64,000 bases of DNA from an uncultured delta proteobacterium (GCA_963796055.1 CAWCKH010000004.1:704001-768000); one strand, 5' to 3'. Positions 27,574 to 40,764 are shown, numbered from the stretch's first letter. Numbers and translations are program-made. The notes: generated by a model from the sequence alone, not told the origin.

Positions 27574-27887
27574 ACGGCCGGGGGGCCTTAGCACAAACGG
27601 CCACGGCCGGAATGCCCGACGATGGCCGCTGATGAACTTCCGCTGAACGCCGGTCTAGCGGCGGTCTGGCGGCCGGTGCCGCTGCTGCCCGTGGTCCCGG
27701 TCTCGCCGGAGCCGCCCGAGCCGCTGCCCATCGAGCCCGACCCCGAGGTGCCGCTGCCCGTCGTCCCGGTGCCCGAGCCGTACGTGGAGCCCGAGCCGGA
27801 CGCGCTGCTGCCGGTGCTCCCGGTCGAGTCGGCAGCTTATCGGCCCTCCAAGAATCTCGGATCGCGAGGCAGACTCCATCCATCTCC

Positions 27888-28787
27888 GTGCGCGTTTTTC
27901 ATTCGGACCACCACGTCGTGCCGCTCCCGCCGGGCCACCGGTTCCCCATGGGCAAGTATTCGCTCCTCCGGGAGGGGCTGCTCGCCTCGGGTGTTCTCCA
28001 GGCAGACGAGCTGGTTCCGGCGGAGCCGGTGGACGTCGCGTCGCTGCTCCGGGTCCACACGCCGCGCTGGGTGCAGGCGATGCTCGAGAACCGGCTCACC
28101 GAGGCCGAGCAGCGGCGGCTCGGCTTCCCCTGGAGCCGCGAGCTGGTGCTGCGCTCGCGGGCCGCGGTGGGCGGCACGTGCGCGGCGGCGGAGCGCGCGC
28201 TGGTGGAAGGAATCGGCGGGAACCTCGCCGGAGGCACCCACCATGCGTTTCCGGACCACGGCGAGGGCTACTGCGTCTTCAACGACATCGCGGTGAGCAT
28301 CCGCGCGCTCCAGGCATCCGGAAGCATCCGTCGGGCGCTGGTGGTCGACCTCGACGTGCACCAGGGAAACGGCACCGCCGCGGTGTTCGAGGACGACCCG
28401 GACGTCTTCACCTTCAGCATGCACGGCGAGCGCAACTTCCCGTTCCGCAAGCAGCGCTCGAGCCTGGACCTCGGGTTGCCCGACGGGGCGGGTGACGAGG
28501 TCTACCTCGACGTGCTCGCCCGCCACCTGCCTCGCGTCATCGAGGTGGCGCGGCCGGATCTCCTCTACTACCAGGCCGGGGTCGACCCGCTCGCCGAGGA
28601 CACGCTGGGGCGGCTGTCGCTCACCCACGCCGGACTCGAGGCGCGGGACAGCTTCGTCCTCGAGGCTGCGCGGCGCTCCGGCGTGCCGGTGGTGGTCACA
28701 CTGGGGGGCGGGTATGCCCGACCGCTCGAGGCGACGGTGCGCGCGCACATTGGCACCTATCGCGCCGCTCGGATGGTGTGGGGGTAA
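27888..28787 (+). CDS. histone deacetylase family (Zn-dependent deacylase)
   Basis: HRFPMGKY, GGTHHA, GYCVFND, DLDVHQGNG, QAGVD, GGGY. Confidence 0.95.
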   Translation: MRVFHSDHHVVPLPPGHRFPMGKYSLLREGLLASGVLQADELVPAEPVDVASLLRVHTPRWVQAMLENRLTEAEQRRLGFPWSRELVLRSRAAVGGTCAAAERALVEGIGGNLAGGTHHAFPDHGEGYCVFNDIAVSIRALQASGSIRRALVVDLDVHQGNGTAAVFEDDPDVFTFSMHGERNFPFRKQRSSLDLGLPDGAGDEVYLDVLARHLPRVIEVARPDLLYYQAGVDPLAEDTLGRLSLTHAGLEARDSFVLEAARRSGVPVVVTLGGGYARPLEATVRAHIGTYRAARMVWG

Positions 28788-28809
28788 GCTTCCGGACACG
28801 TCGCACCCG

Positions 28810-31701
28810 ATGGCCGAGCTCACTCCCGAGGTTCTGGCGACTCTCTTTGGCGAGAGTTCCGAGCCCGTCTTCGTCTACGCGCCGGTGCGCGAGGGCGGAC
28901 GGGTGGTGGATTTTCGTTACCTGTACGCCAACCCGACCGGGCTTCAGGTCTTGAGCTCGCAGGTCAGGGAGAAGCTCGGACAGGGGCTGCTCGCTGTCGC
29001 CCCCGACGCCGAGCGGTGGGGCCTGCTCGCCGCCTACACCCGGACGATGGAGACGGGCGAGCCGACCGACATCCGCGTCGACCAGGACAAGGGTCCGGTG
29101 AAGGGGTCGTTCCGCATCCACGCCAACCGGGCCGGAACGGCGCTGCTGATCCACCTGCGTGACGTGACCCGGGAGGCCGAGACCCAGGCCGCCCTGCAGA
29201 AGACGGAGGAGGAGCGCGACCAGACCGAGCTGCGTCGCGCCACGATCGAGTCGCTGCTGGCGCAGGCGCCCGCGGAGATGGCGTACCTGCGTGGACCCGA
29301 GCTGGTCTACCGGTTCGTGAACGACCGCTACCAGGCGCGACACCCGGGCCGCGAGTTCCTGGGCCGCCCGCTGACGGAGGTGCTCCCCGCCTGGCGGGAC
29401 AACCCGCTTCTCCTTGCGATGCGCGAGGTGTTCCGGACCGGCGTCCCCTACCGCGACCTCGAGCACCCGCTGGTGGTCGAGACACCGGCCGGCTCCGAGC
29501 GCCGCTGGTTCGACCTGGCCTTCCTTCCGGTCACCGGGGGCGACGGCGTGGTGGAGGGCGTGCTCTCCTTCGGCACCGACGTGACCGATCAGGTCTCGGC
29601 GCGGGCGCGGAGCGACGCCCTGGCCAGGGAGCGGATGGCGCTGGCCGACGAGCTCGAGGGCGAACGCCGAAGGCTGGCGGTGGGCGAGGAGCGCTTCCGC
29701 TCCATCGTCGAGACGCATGCCGACATGGTCTGGGTGGCGGACTGGAACGGCCACCTCCGCCACCCGGTCCCGACCTGGTGCGCGCTCACCGGGCAGAAGC
29801 CGGAGGAGATGCTGGGCCTGGGCTGGGTGGACGTCATCCACCCCGACGACCTGGAGCGCGTCTCGCACCAGTGGATCGAGGCCGTGAAGCAGCGGCAGCG
29901 CTTCGAGGCCGAGTTCCGGGTCCGCAAGGCCTCCGGGGGCTGGGCCACCGTGGCCTCCCGGGGCATCCCCCTGCTCCGCGACGACGGGCACATCCGGGAA
30001 TGGGTAGGCACCACCATCGACGTGACCACCCGTCACCGCGAGGAGGAAGCGCTGCGCATTCTCTCCGGCGGCGCGGCCGCGCTCTCCAACACCCTGGACT
30101 ACAAGGCCACGCTCCGCGCGGTGGGCGAGATGGCCATCCCCACCTTCGCCGACGTGTGCATCGTGGATCTCATGGACGAGTCGGGCGTGCTCCGCCGGGT
30201 GCTGGTCTCCGGGCACATCGAGGAGGAGGTGCTGCAGGAGTTCCGGCGGATGCCTCCCCGCACCGACCCGGACTCACCGGTGATGGAGGCGCTCCGGACC
30301 CGGCGCTCGGTGCTCCGCGAGAGGCTCCCCGCGGCGGTGAAGCTGGAGATGGCCGCCGATCCGGAGCGGCTCAGCCTCTTCGACCGGCTGAGCCCCACCT
30401 CGCTGGTCTGCGCGCCGCTGTCCGCGCGCGGCAGGACCCTGGGCGTGATCAGCTTCCTCACCGCCCGGAGCGGACGCCGGTTCGAGCGGCTCGACCTGGG
30501 GCTGGTGGAGGAGCTCGCCCGCCGGGCCGCGCTGGCCATGGACAACGCCGAGCTCTACCAGCGGGCCGAGGAGGCCAGCCGGGCCAAGGACGAGTTCCTG
30601 GCCACGGTGAGCCACGAGCTGCGGACGCCGCTGGCCTCCATCCTCGGCTGGACGCGCCTGCTCCGGCGCGGGGGGCTCAGCCCGGAGAAGCAGGCACGCG
30701 CGCTGGAGACGCTGGAGCGCAACGCCCGGGCCCAGACCCGGCTGGTGGAGGATCTGCTCGACGTGAGCCGCATCGTCTCCGGCAAGACCCGGCTCAACGT
30801 GGAGACCGCCGATCTGAAGGCCATCGTCGAGGCGGCGGTGGATTCCATCCGGCCCGGTGCCGACGGCCGCGGCGTGCAGCTGGATGCCTCGGTGCAGCCG
30901 TGCACCCTGGCCGGCGACCCGGAGCGGCTCCATCAGATCCTCTGGAACCTCCTCTCCAACGCGGTGAAGTTCACTCCGCGCGGAGGGCGGGTGTCGGTGT
31001 CGCTCGCGGTGCGTGACCGCACGGCCACCCTCACGGTGAGCGACACCGGCCAGGGCATCCGCTCCGACTTTCTTCCCCACGTCTTCGAGCGCTTCCGCCA
31101 GGCGGATGCGACCGCCACCCGCGCGCACGGCGGCCTCGGCCTGGGACTGGCCATCGTGCGGCATCTGGCCGAGCTGCACGGCGGCACGGTCGCCGCCAGC
31201 AGCACCGGCGAGGGCCAGGGCGCCACCTTCACCGTGCAGCTCCCGCTGGCCGCTGCCGCCCCGCTCGAGCGCTCGCTCGGCGAACCCGGCACGACGACGC
31301 AGCGGGTGAGCCTCTCCGGCCTGCGGCTGGTGGTGGTCGATGACGAGCCAGACACCCGGGAGATGGTGGCCTCCACGCTCGAGACGCATGGGGCCCAGGT
31401 CGTGGCGCTCGCCGACGCCGAGGACGCCCTCCGCTGGCTCGCCGGCAACCAGGCCGACCTCCTGGTCTCCGACGTGGCGATGCCGCGGATGGACGGCTGC
31501 GCGCTCATCCGGGAGATCCGCCGCACCGGTCCAGGCTCTGCCCGGACCATTCCCGCGGTGGCGCTCACCGCCTACGCCCGACCCGAGGATCGCCGCCGCG
31601 CGCTGGACGCCGGTTTCCAGGACTACTTGACGAAACCAGTGGAGCCGGAAGTGCTGGTGGCGCGGGTCGCCGCCCTGGTGAGGCCTCGCGCGGCGGCCTG
31701 A
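28810..31701 (+). CDS. hybrid sensor histidine kinase (PAS x3, GAF, HisKA, HATPase, receiver)
   Basis: IHPDD PAS, SHELRTPL, NLLSNAVKFT, GGLGLGLAI, C-terminal VVDD..SDVAMP..KP. Confidence 0.95.
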   Translation: MAELTPEVLATLFGESSEPVFVYAPVREGGRVVDFRYLYANPTGLQVLSSQVREKLGQGLLAVAPDAERWGLLAAYTRTMETGEPTDIRVDQDKGPVKGSFRIHANRAGTALLIHLRDVTREAETQAALQKTEEERDQTELRRATIESLLAQAPAEMAYLRGPELVYRFVNDRYQARHPGREFLGRPLTEVLPAWRDNPLLLAMREVFRTGVPYRDLEHPLVVETPAGSERRWFDLAFLPVTGGDGVVEGVLSFGTDVTDQVSARARSDALARERMALADELEGERRRLAVGEERFRSIVETHADMVWVADWNGHLRHPVPTWCALTGQKPEEMLGLGWVDVIHPDDLERVSHQWIEAVKQRQRFEAEFRVRKASGGWATVASRGIPLLRDDGHIREWVGTTIDVTTRHREEEALRILSGGAAALSNTLDYKATLRAVGEMAIPTFADVCIVDLMDESGVLRRVLVSGHIEEEVLQEFRRMPPRTDPDSPVMEALRTRRSVLRERLPAAVKLEMAADPERLSLFDRLSPTSLVCAPLSARGRTLGVISFLTARSGRRFERLDLGLVEELARRAALAMDNAELYQRAEEASRAKDEFLATVSHELRTPLASILGWTRLLRRGGLSPEKQARALETLERNARAQTRLVEDLLDVSRIVSGKTRLNVETADLKAIVEAAVDSIRPGADGRGVQLDASVQPCTLAGDPERLHQILWNLLSNAVKFTPRGGRVSVSLAVRDRTATLTVSDTGQGIRSDFLPHVFERFRQADATATRAHGGLGLGLAIVRHLAELHGGTVAASSTGEGQGATFTVQLPLAAAAPLERSLGEPGTTTQRVSLSGLRLVVVDDEPDTREMVASTLETHGAQVVALADAEDALRWLAGNQADLLVSDVAMPRMDGCALIREIRRTGPGSARTIPAVALTAYARPEDRRRALDAGFQDYLTKPVEPEVLVARVAALVRPRAAA

Positions 31702-31838
31702 GGCAGGCGCGGCCCGGGACGTTCGCGCCGACTGCTCGGAGTGCGGGGGGTTAGGCCAGCGGGCCGTTCGCGCCTCTCCGGGGGGTGGGAGCCGTCAGCG
31801 GGCCGCAATACCATCCGACGTCAGGCCCCCTCGTGGAG

Positions 31839-32786
31839 ATGTCCGTGTCCCCCAGCGCCCCCGCCTCGCCGGACGCCGCGGCGACGCACCCGTCCACCCT
31901 CTGGCGGACCTTGCTCGAGGCCACCGCCGATGGCGTGCTGGTGGTGGGCGCACACGGGCGGATCCTCGCCACCAACCCGGCCTTCTGCCGGCTGTTCGCG
32001 CGCCCGGGACAGACCGAGTCGCTGGACGGCCTGTCCTTCGAGCAGCTGGGTGAGCGGCTGGGCGAGTCCTTCGCCGATTCCGCGCACTTCCTCGGACGCG
32101 CCGCCGAGCTGCAGCAGCAGGACGGAGCGGTGACCGGCGAGTGCTGGACGATGAGCGACGGGCGGGTGCTCGAGTGCGACGTCCTCCCGGTCATGGTGGA
32201 GGGCCGGCGGAACGAGCAGCTGTGGCTGTGGCGGGACGTGACCGAACGCGCCCGCCCGCGAACCGTCGAGGGGCACGGGCACCCGCACGAGCCGAACCTG
32301 TCGTACCTCGACGAGCTCACCGGGCTCTACAACCGCCGCGGCTTCCTGCGGTTCGCCCGGGCCCAGCTCGATGCCGCGGCGATGGCCCACCGCCCGATGC
32401 TCCTCATCTTCGTGGACCTGGACGGCCTCAAGTACATCAACGATCGGCTGGGACACGCCGCCGGAGACCGGGCGCTGGTGGACACCAGCACGGTGCTCAA
32501 GTCCACCTTCCGCGAGCGCGACGTGGTGGCACGCCTCGGCGGCGACGAATTCGTGGTGCTGGTGACCGACTCCTCCGCGGTCCGGGAGGCGGACCTCCTC
32601 GCCCGTCTCGCCGGCCGGCTGGGGGCCCTGAACGCCCGCCCCGGCCGTGAGTTCCAGCTCGCGTTCAGCACCGGGGTGGCGGCGTTCGATCCGGCGGCGC
32701 CGGAACCGCTGGAGGAGCTGCTCTCCGAGGCCGACAGCCGGATGTACCTCGACAAGCGCCGCCGCAAGGACGCCTCGGCGAACTGA
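31839..32786 (+). CDS. PAS-domain diguanylate cyclase
   Basis: DELTGLYNRRG, DLDGLKYIND..GH..GD, RERD I-site, ARLGGDEF. Confidence 0.93.
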   Translation: MSVSPSAPASPDAAATHPSTLWRTLLEATADGVLVVGAHGRILATNPAFCRLFARPGQTESLDGLSFEQLGERLGESFADSAHFLGRAAELQQQDGAVTGECWTMSDGRVLECDVLPVMVEGRRNEQLWLWRDVTERARPRTVEGHGHPHEPNLSYLDELTGLYNRRGFLRFARAQLDAAAMAHRPMLLIFVDLDGLKYINDRLGHAAGDRALVDTSTVLKSTFRERDVVARLGGDEFVVLVTDSSAVREADLLARLAGRLGALNARPGREFQLAFSTGVAAFDPAAPEPLEELLSEADSRMYLDKRRRKDASAN

Positions 32787-32806
32787 CTCCGGCCCGGGGC
32801 CGAGCG

Positions 32807-35542
<2,736 letters not shown>

Positions 35543-35751
35543 GGCCGTGCACCCGGGGGTATGCCCGGGAGAACGACCGAGCGCAACGACCGCGCGCCCG
35601 ATGGCTTCCATGCGCGCGTCGCACGAGCCAGGACGCCGGGCGCCGGCGGAAGCCACGAGCGCCAGCAACCCCCGGGGGTGGTCTACGGACGACGGACGCT
35701 GCGCGGGCTGATTGACCGTGCCTGCTCGGCCGAGCAGTCTGAGCGCCCACC

Positions 35752-36036
35752 ATGGCCGCGTGCGAGCATGTCCTGACCCTCAAGCCGGTCCACCCTCACA
35801 CCACCAAGGGCTGCGAGGACTGCCTCAAGATGGGCGGGCGGTGGGTGCACCTTCGCCTGTGCCTGACCTGCGGCCACGTGGGCTGCTGCGACTCGAGCCC
35901 GAACCAGCACGCGACGAAGCACTTCCACGCCACCCAGCACCCGGTCGTCCAGTCGCTGGAGCCTGGAGAGGACTGGGGCTGGTGCTACATCGACGAGGTC
36001 GACTTCGAGGGCGACGAGCTGCCGCCGCGCGCCTGA
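35752..36036 (+). CDS. UBP-type zinc finger protein
   Basis: [36 protein letters not shown]. Confidence 0.93.
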   Translation: MAACEHVLTLKPVHPHTTKGCEDCLKMGGRWVHLRLCLTCGHVGCCDSSPNQHATKHFHATQHPVVQSLEPGEDWGWCYIDEVDFEGDELPPRA

Positions 36037-36047
36037 AGAACAGAGGA

Positions 36048-36428
36048 ATGAACCAGACCCCTTCGCGGAGAGCCGTGTCCACCCGTGGGCGGCTCGGCGC
36101 GGTGCTCCTCGCGCTCACCGGGAGCGCCACCGGGTGCGCCACGGCCTCTCCCACGCCCGAGGCCCGGCGGGTCATACCCGTCAACGGCGTGCCCGGTCCC
36201 CGCTGCGAGAACCTCGGGACGGTCATCGGCCAGACCCAGGCTCGCAGATCCGAGGCCACCCAAGAGCAGCTCGTCTCCGAGGCCACGACGGACGCGCTGG
36301 AGAGAGCGGCGGCGCTGGGGGCGACACACATCTTTCTCTCGCCGGTGACGCTGCGGCATCAGGGCGGAGCACCGGCCTCGGCAACGCTCACCGGCGTCGC
36401 CTTCCGGTGCCCGCCCGCGGCTCCCTGA
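36048..36428 (+). CDS. DUF4156-like lipoprotein
   Basis: Lipobox ATGC; CENLGTV.G..AAALGATHI..GVAFRCP. Confidence 0.75.
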   Translation: MNQTPSRRAVSTRGRLGAVLLALTGSATGCATASPTPEARRVIPVNGVPGPRCENLGTVIGQTQARRSEATQEQLVSEATTDALERAAALGATHIFLSPVTLRHQGGAPASATLTGVAFRCPPAAP

Positions 36429-36467
36429 CCGGCGATCAGCCGGAGCTCGGTCAGAGGGTTCGGGGGT

Positions 36468-37394
36468 CTAGCGGGTTCCGTCGAGCGCGCGGAGCGCAGC
36501 GCGCGAAACCGCCTCGCGAGCCCAGGCGGGCTCGAGGACCTCGGCCTCGCCCCCGAAGGAGAGGACCCACTGGACCAGCCAGCCCTCCTCACCGGACACC
36601 TTGACCTCCACTCCGCCGTCGGTGAGCTCGCGGGCCTCGCCGCCGAAGCGCTCGCGGAGATACGGCGCCGCGCCGGCGGTGAAGCGGACCCGCACCTCGC
36701 CCCGCTCGGCCGGGTCCGGCACCCGCGCCGGGGGCATCGACCGCGGGGAGAAGGTCCGGTCCGTCCGCTGGATGCCGGTCATCCGGTCCAGCCGGAAGAG
36801 CCGCTCGGAGCCGCGGGCGAGGTCCCAGCCATACAGGTACCACTGCCCACGGTGGTTGAAGACCTCCGCCGGCTCGACCCGACGGTGCTCGGCGGCGGTG
36901 CTGCCCCGTCCGGCGTAGTCGAACTCGAGCTCCCGGCGCTCCTCCGCCGCACGGGTGAGGATGCCGAGCTCCTCGGAGGCGAGGGAGCGCGCGTTCACCG
37001 CGCTCCCCAGCTCCCGGTACATCTTCTTGGCCTGCGCCGGGAGCACCTTCTCCAGCTTGGCCAGCGCCGAGGCCAGCGCGCTCTGGGCGGCGGGACGGAG
37101 CAGCTCCGCGGCGGCGGCGAGCGCGGCCGCCTCCGGACCGGTCAGCCGGGGCGGTTTGCTGAAGCGCTGGTCGAGGTCCACCCAGACGCGGTCGTTCTCC
37201 ACGTGCAGATCGATGAAGTCGTCCGGCTGGAACGGGGGGCGCCCCACCATGGTGAGCAGCTCGAGATCGCGGAGCAGCTCCTCGCGGCTCACGCCGAGCT
37301 GACTGGCCAGCGCCTCCACCGTCACCCCGCGGTGACGGGCGACGTAGGGGACCACGAAGAGGAGGCGGCGAAGCCGCTCGTGGACGTCGCTCAC
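36468..37394 (-). CDS. WYL-domain transcriptional regulator, PafC-like
   Basis: RLRRLLFVVPYV HTH, GQWYL..RLFRLDRM, WVLSFG..AEVLEP (WCX); GTGA-coupled to the upstream gene. Confidence 0.9.
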   Translation of the reverse strand: MSDVHERLRRLLFVVPYVARHRGVTVEALASQLGVSREELLRDLELLTMVGRPPFQPDDFIDLHVENDRVWVDLDQRFSKPPRLTGPEAAALAAAAELLRPAAQSALASALAKLEKVLPAQAKKMYRELGSAVNARSLASEELGILTRAAEERRELEFDYAGRGSTAAEHRRVEPAEVFNHRGQWYLYGWDLARGSERLFRLDRMTGIQRTDRTFSPRSMPPARVPDPAERGEVRVRFTAGAAPYLRERFGGEARELTDGGVEVKVSGEEGWLVQWVLSFGGEAEVLEPAWAREAVSRAALRALDGTR

Positions 37395-38392
37395 GCCTTG
37401 CCTCCGTGCCGCGCGGCCACCGCCTGGGCGAGCGCGCGGAAGCGGGCCCGCGCCGGCTCGGGCGAGAGCACCCGGGCCTGCGGCCACAGCGCGAGGACGT
37501 GCTTCAGCAGCGCATCCAGCAGGGTGACGGTGAGCACCACCTCGGTCCGGCCACCGCTCCGTTCCACGCGCCCGTCGGGGAAGTGCGCGCCCGCCTGGGC
37601 CGCCAACGGACCCTGGAGCTCGAGCCGCACCTCCACCGCCGGCTCGATGCCCCACTGCCAGGGGGCGTGCGGTACGTGGGCGTCGACGACGAAGTCCTTC
37701 GGCACCTCGAAGTCGTGCGTCCGGGGCTTGCTGCCGTTCATCTTCAGCTCCCGGATGCGGTGGACGTGGAAGGTGCGGAGGTCCTGCCGCATGTGGCAGT
37801 AGCCCACCAGCGACCAGACGCCCCGGCGGAGCACCAGCCCGTACGGGTCCACCTTCCGGGTCGACGGCTCGGGACGCTTGGGCGAGAGGTAGACGATCTC
37901 CACCCACTTCCGCGCGCTGGCCGCACCCCAGAGCACTTCCAGGAATTCGGGCACGGCGGCGGTCTCGCGCACCGCGCCCAGCTCCATCCGCACCCGCGGC
38001 CTGACCAGCTCGCCGCCGGCGAAGAAGGCGATCTTCCTCAGTGCGTGTTTGAGATCGTGCCTGCCGGGAAAGGCGCCGGAAGCCAGCGCGGCCGAGCCGG
38101 CGGCGTAGAGCACCGCCATCTCCTCGGGGGTGAAGCCGGGCTCGGGCAGGTAGTACGCGCTCCGGTCGAGGAGGTACCCGTCCTTGCGGTCCTCGTCGCC
38201 CTGGACGTAGGTGAGCGGGATGCCCAGCTCGAGGAGCTCGGCCTTGTCGCGCTCGAACTTCCGCTCGGTGGCCTCGTCGCTGCCGCTCCCGTAGTCCTCG
38301 GGGAAGCTCTCCTTGAGCTCGGCCCAGGAGACCGGCTCGTGCGCGTCGAGCAGCAGCGCCACGAGGTCCAGCAGGCGTTCGGTACGGTCCAT
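37391..38392 (-). CDS. WYL-domain transcriptional regulator, PafB-like
   Basis: ERLLDLV..RKFERDKAELLELGIP, RKVDPYGL..WSLVGY..RTFHVHRI. Confidence 0.9.
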   Translation of the reverse strand: MDRTERLLDLVALLLDAHEPVSWAELKESFPEDYGSGSDEATERKFERDKAELLELGIPLTYVQGDEDRKDGYLLDRSAYYLPEPGFTPEEMAVLYAAGSAALASGAFPGRHDLKHALRKIAFFAGGELVRPRVRMELGAVRETAAVPEFLEVLWGAASARKWVEIVYLSPKRPEPSTRKVDPYGLVLRRGVWSLVGYCHMRQDLRTFHVHRIRELKMNGSKPRTHDFEVPKDFVVDAHVPHAPWQWGIEPAVEVRLELQGPLAAQAGAHFPDGRVERSGGRTEVVLTVTLLDALLKHVLALWPQARVLSPEPARARFRALAQAVAARHGGKA

Positions 38393-38467
38393 GGCGACGC
38401 AGACCAGCATGTGGACGAAGAACCCTGGCCCGTCAAGGCTGGGGGACGGGTGGTAGCGTCCGGGACC

Positions 38468-39649
38468 GTGCAGGCTTCGGGACGTGTGCGGGCGCTCCAG
38501 CCCACGGTGTTCTCCGAGTTCAGCGCGCTTGCGGCACGCTCGGGCGCGGTGAACCTCGGCCAGGGCTTTCCCGACTTCGATGGGCCGGAGGCGGTGCGGG
38601 AGGCGGCCGTGGCCGCGCTCCGCCGGGGCGAGAACCAGTACGCACCCGGACTCGGCGCGGTGCCGCTCCGGCAGGCGATCTCAGAGCATGCGCGGCGCTT
38701 CCTCGGGCTCACCATCGACCCCGAGACCGAGGTGGTCGTGACCTGCGGTGCGACCGAGGCAATCTTCGACGCGGTCCAGGGGCTGGTGGACCCCGGTGAC
38801 GAGGTGGTCGCCTTTCAGCCGGTGTACGACTCGTACGCGGCCAGCGTGGCCATGGCCGGTGGGGTGCTGCGGCCCGTCACCTTGCGGCCACCCGACGCCG
38901 CACACCCGCGCTGGTGGTTCGAGCCGTCCGAGCTCGAGGGGGCATTCGGGCCGCGCACCCGGGTGGTGCTCCTGAACACGCCGCACAACCCCACCGGCAA
39001 GGTATTCACCCTGCGGGAGCTGGAGCAGGTCGCGGGGCTGGCCCAGCGGTGGAACGCGGTCGCGGTGGTGGACGAGGTCTACGCACACCTCGTCTACGAC
39101 GGCGCCGGGCACCGCTCGCTGGCCGGACTGCCGGGGATGGCCGAGCGCACGCTCACCGTGAGCAGCGCGGCCAAGACGTTCGGCCTCACCGGGTGGAAGG
39201 TGGGCTGGGCGATGGGCCCGCGCGTGCTCCGGGACGCGGTGCTGCAGGCGCACCAGTACGTGACCTTCGCAGTGCCCACGCCGCTGCAGCACGCGGTCGC
39301 GGCGGCTCTGCGGCTCCCGGACGCGTACTTCCTGGAGCTGCAGGCCGACTACGCCCGACGGCGCGGGAAGCTCCTCCACGCGCTCGACGCGGCTGGCCTG
39401 GTGCCGTGGTCGCCCGAGGGTGCCTACTTCGCCTGCGTGGACGTGGCCGGCCGCGGCTTCACCGACGACGACGCGTTCTGCCGGGACCTCACCACCCGGG
39501 TGGGTGTGGCGGCGATCCCGCTGTCGGCGTTCTACGTGGACCGTTCGCGAGCGCCGTGCGTGGCCCGCTTCGCCTTCTGCAAGGCAGATGCGACGCTGGA
39601 CGAAGCCGCGCGGCGGCTACGGGCGGCCGAGCTCGGACCGCTCAGGTAA
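38468..39649 (+). CDS. class I/II PLP-dependent aminotransferase (methionine aminotransferase/YbdL-like)
   Basis: AVNLGQGFPDF, NTPHNPTG, DEVY, SAAKTF..TGWKVGW, RFAFCK. Confidence 0.92.
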   Translation: MQASGRVRALQPTVFSEFSALAARSGAVNLGQGFPDFDGPEAVREAAVAALRRGENQYAPGLGAVPLRQAISEHARRFLGLTIDPETEVVVTCGATEAIFDAVQGLVDPGDEVVAFQPVYDSYAASVAMAGGVLRPVTLRPPDAAHPRWWFEPSELEGAFGPRTRVVLLNTPHNPTGKVFTLRELEQVAGLAQRWNAVAVVDEVYAHLVYDGAGHRSLAGLPGMAERTLTVSSAAKTFGLTGWKVGWAMGPRVLRDAVLQAHQYVTFAVPTPLQHAVAAALRLPDAYFLELQADYARRRGKLLHALDAAGLVPWSPEGAYFACVDVAGRGFTDDDAFCRDLTTRVGVAAIPLSAFYVDRSRAPCVARFAFCKADATLDEAARRLRAAELGPLR

Positions 39650-40184
39650 CCGGGAACCGCTGCCAGGCCGCGAGGGCGTTGCCGAGGACGTGCATCCAGA
39701 AGGTGACCCGGGTGGACCCGGTGCGGAGCCGCGCCAGCCCGAGCAGGAGGCCGTCCACCAGGACCTGCGCCAGATCCAGCCCTCGGTACTGCCCGTGGGC
39801 GAGCGCGAAGACCAGCGCGGTGCCGACGACCGTCGGAACGGGTCCCACGCGCGGGAGGAGCACCTGGAAGAGGAGCCCGCGGAACACCAGCTCCTCGAGC
39901 AGCGGGGCCAGGACCACGATGCCCAGCACCCGGATCGCCAGCGCAGGACCGTGGTCCGTGAAATGGGGCGCCTCGGGGTGCCCGAGCGACCAGGAGACGA
40001 GCTCCCCGGCGGCGAGCCAGAGCGCCCAGAGGAGCAGCCACTGGACCATCACCCTCGGAGCCACCGGCTTCCAGGCCAGGCGCTCCCGGGCCGCAGGCCG
40101 CACCCGCGCGACGACCGTGAGGACCAGGAGCCCCACCGCGAACGGACCGACCCGGGTCAGGGATTCCTGGAGCTGGGAGCCCAT
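39642..40184 (-). CDS. CPBP family intramembrane metalloprotease
   Basis: PLLEELVFRG, FALAH, H...N motifs. Confidence 0.9.
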   Translation of the reverse strand: MGSQLQESLTRVGPFAVGLLVLTVVARVRPAARERLAWKPVAPRVMVQWLLLWALWLAAGELVSWSLGHPEAPHFTDHGPALAIRVLGIVVLAPLLEELVFRGLLFQVLLPRVGPVPTVVGTALVFALAHGQYRGLDLAQVLVDGLLLGLARLRTGSTRVTFWMHVLGNALAAWQRFPVT

Positions 40185-40220
40185 CTCCGGCGCACCCTAG
40201 GCCGGAGCAGGCCCCGGACG

Positions 40221-40628
40221 TCAGCCGGATTCGGGCCGGAACTGGAGCGCCACGCCGTTCATGCAGAAGCGCTCGCCGGTCGGCTGTGGCCCATCCTCGA
40301 AGACGTGGCCGAGGTGGCCGCCGCAGCGGGCGCAGTGGACCTCGGTCCGGACCATCCCGTGGCTCTCGTCGGTCTCGGTCTCCACGGCGCCTGCGAGCGG
40401 GGCGGTGAAGCTCGGCCAGCCGGTCCCGCTCTCGAACTTGTCCTTCGAGGCGAAGAGCGCCTGTCCGCACCCCGCGCAGAGGAAGGTCCCGGGACGCTTC
40501 TCGCGGTTCAGCGGGCTGGTGAAGGCGCGCTCGGTGCCGTGCTGACGCAGGACTACAAACGCGGCGTGGGACAGCTGCTTCCTCCACTCGTCATCGCCGT
40601 GCTCCACCTCGAAGTGCTTCGGATTCAT
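40221..40628 (-). CDS. msrB: peptide-methionine (R)-S-oxide reductase
   Basis: GTERAF, CAGC, SGTGWPSF, CARCGGHLGHVFEDGP, RFCMN. Confidence 0.96.
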   Translation of the reverse strand: MNPKHFEVEHGDDEWRKQLSHAAFVVLRQHGTERAFTSPLNREKRPGTFLCAGCGQALFASKDKFESGTGWPSFTAPLAGAVETETDESHGMVRTEVHCARCGGHLGHVFEDGPQPTGERFCMNGVALQFRPESG

Positions 40629-40764
40629 CTCGTGTTGCCCTCCATGCCCCCTTCTACGCCCGAGATGGCCCTCGAGTTTCGGTGACGGTTCACGGCCGGT
40701 TCCTGCGCATCGCACGTCGAGGCCACCGCCCGGGGAACGGGGCGAACATCCGGAGGAAGGTCGA

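Noticed and set aside
26995..27591. 198-aa ORF starting inside the tandem repeat
   Set aside because: Its ATG arises from a variant repeat unit, and the frame is antisense to a more plausible lipoprotein gene.
39642..40184. CPBP protease as a bacteriocin immunity/processing partner of the knottin locus
   Set aside because: It is 38 kb away, sits downstream of msrB, and nothing in the sequence links the two loci.
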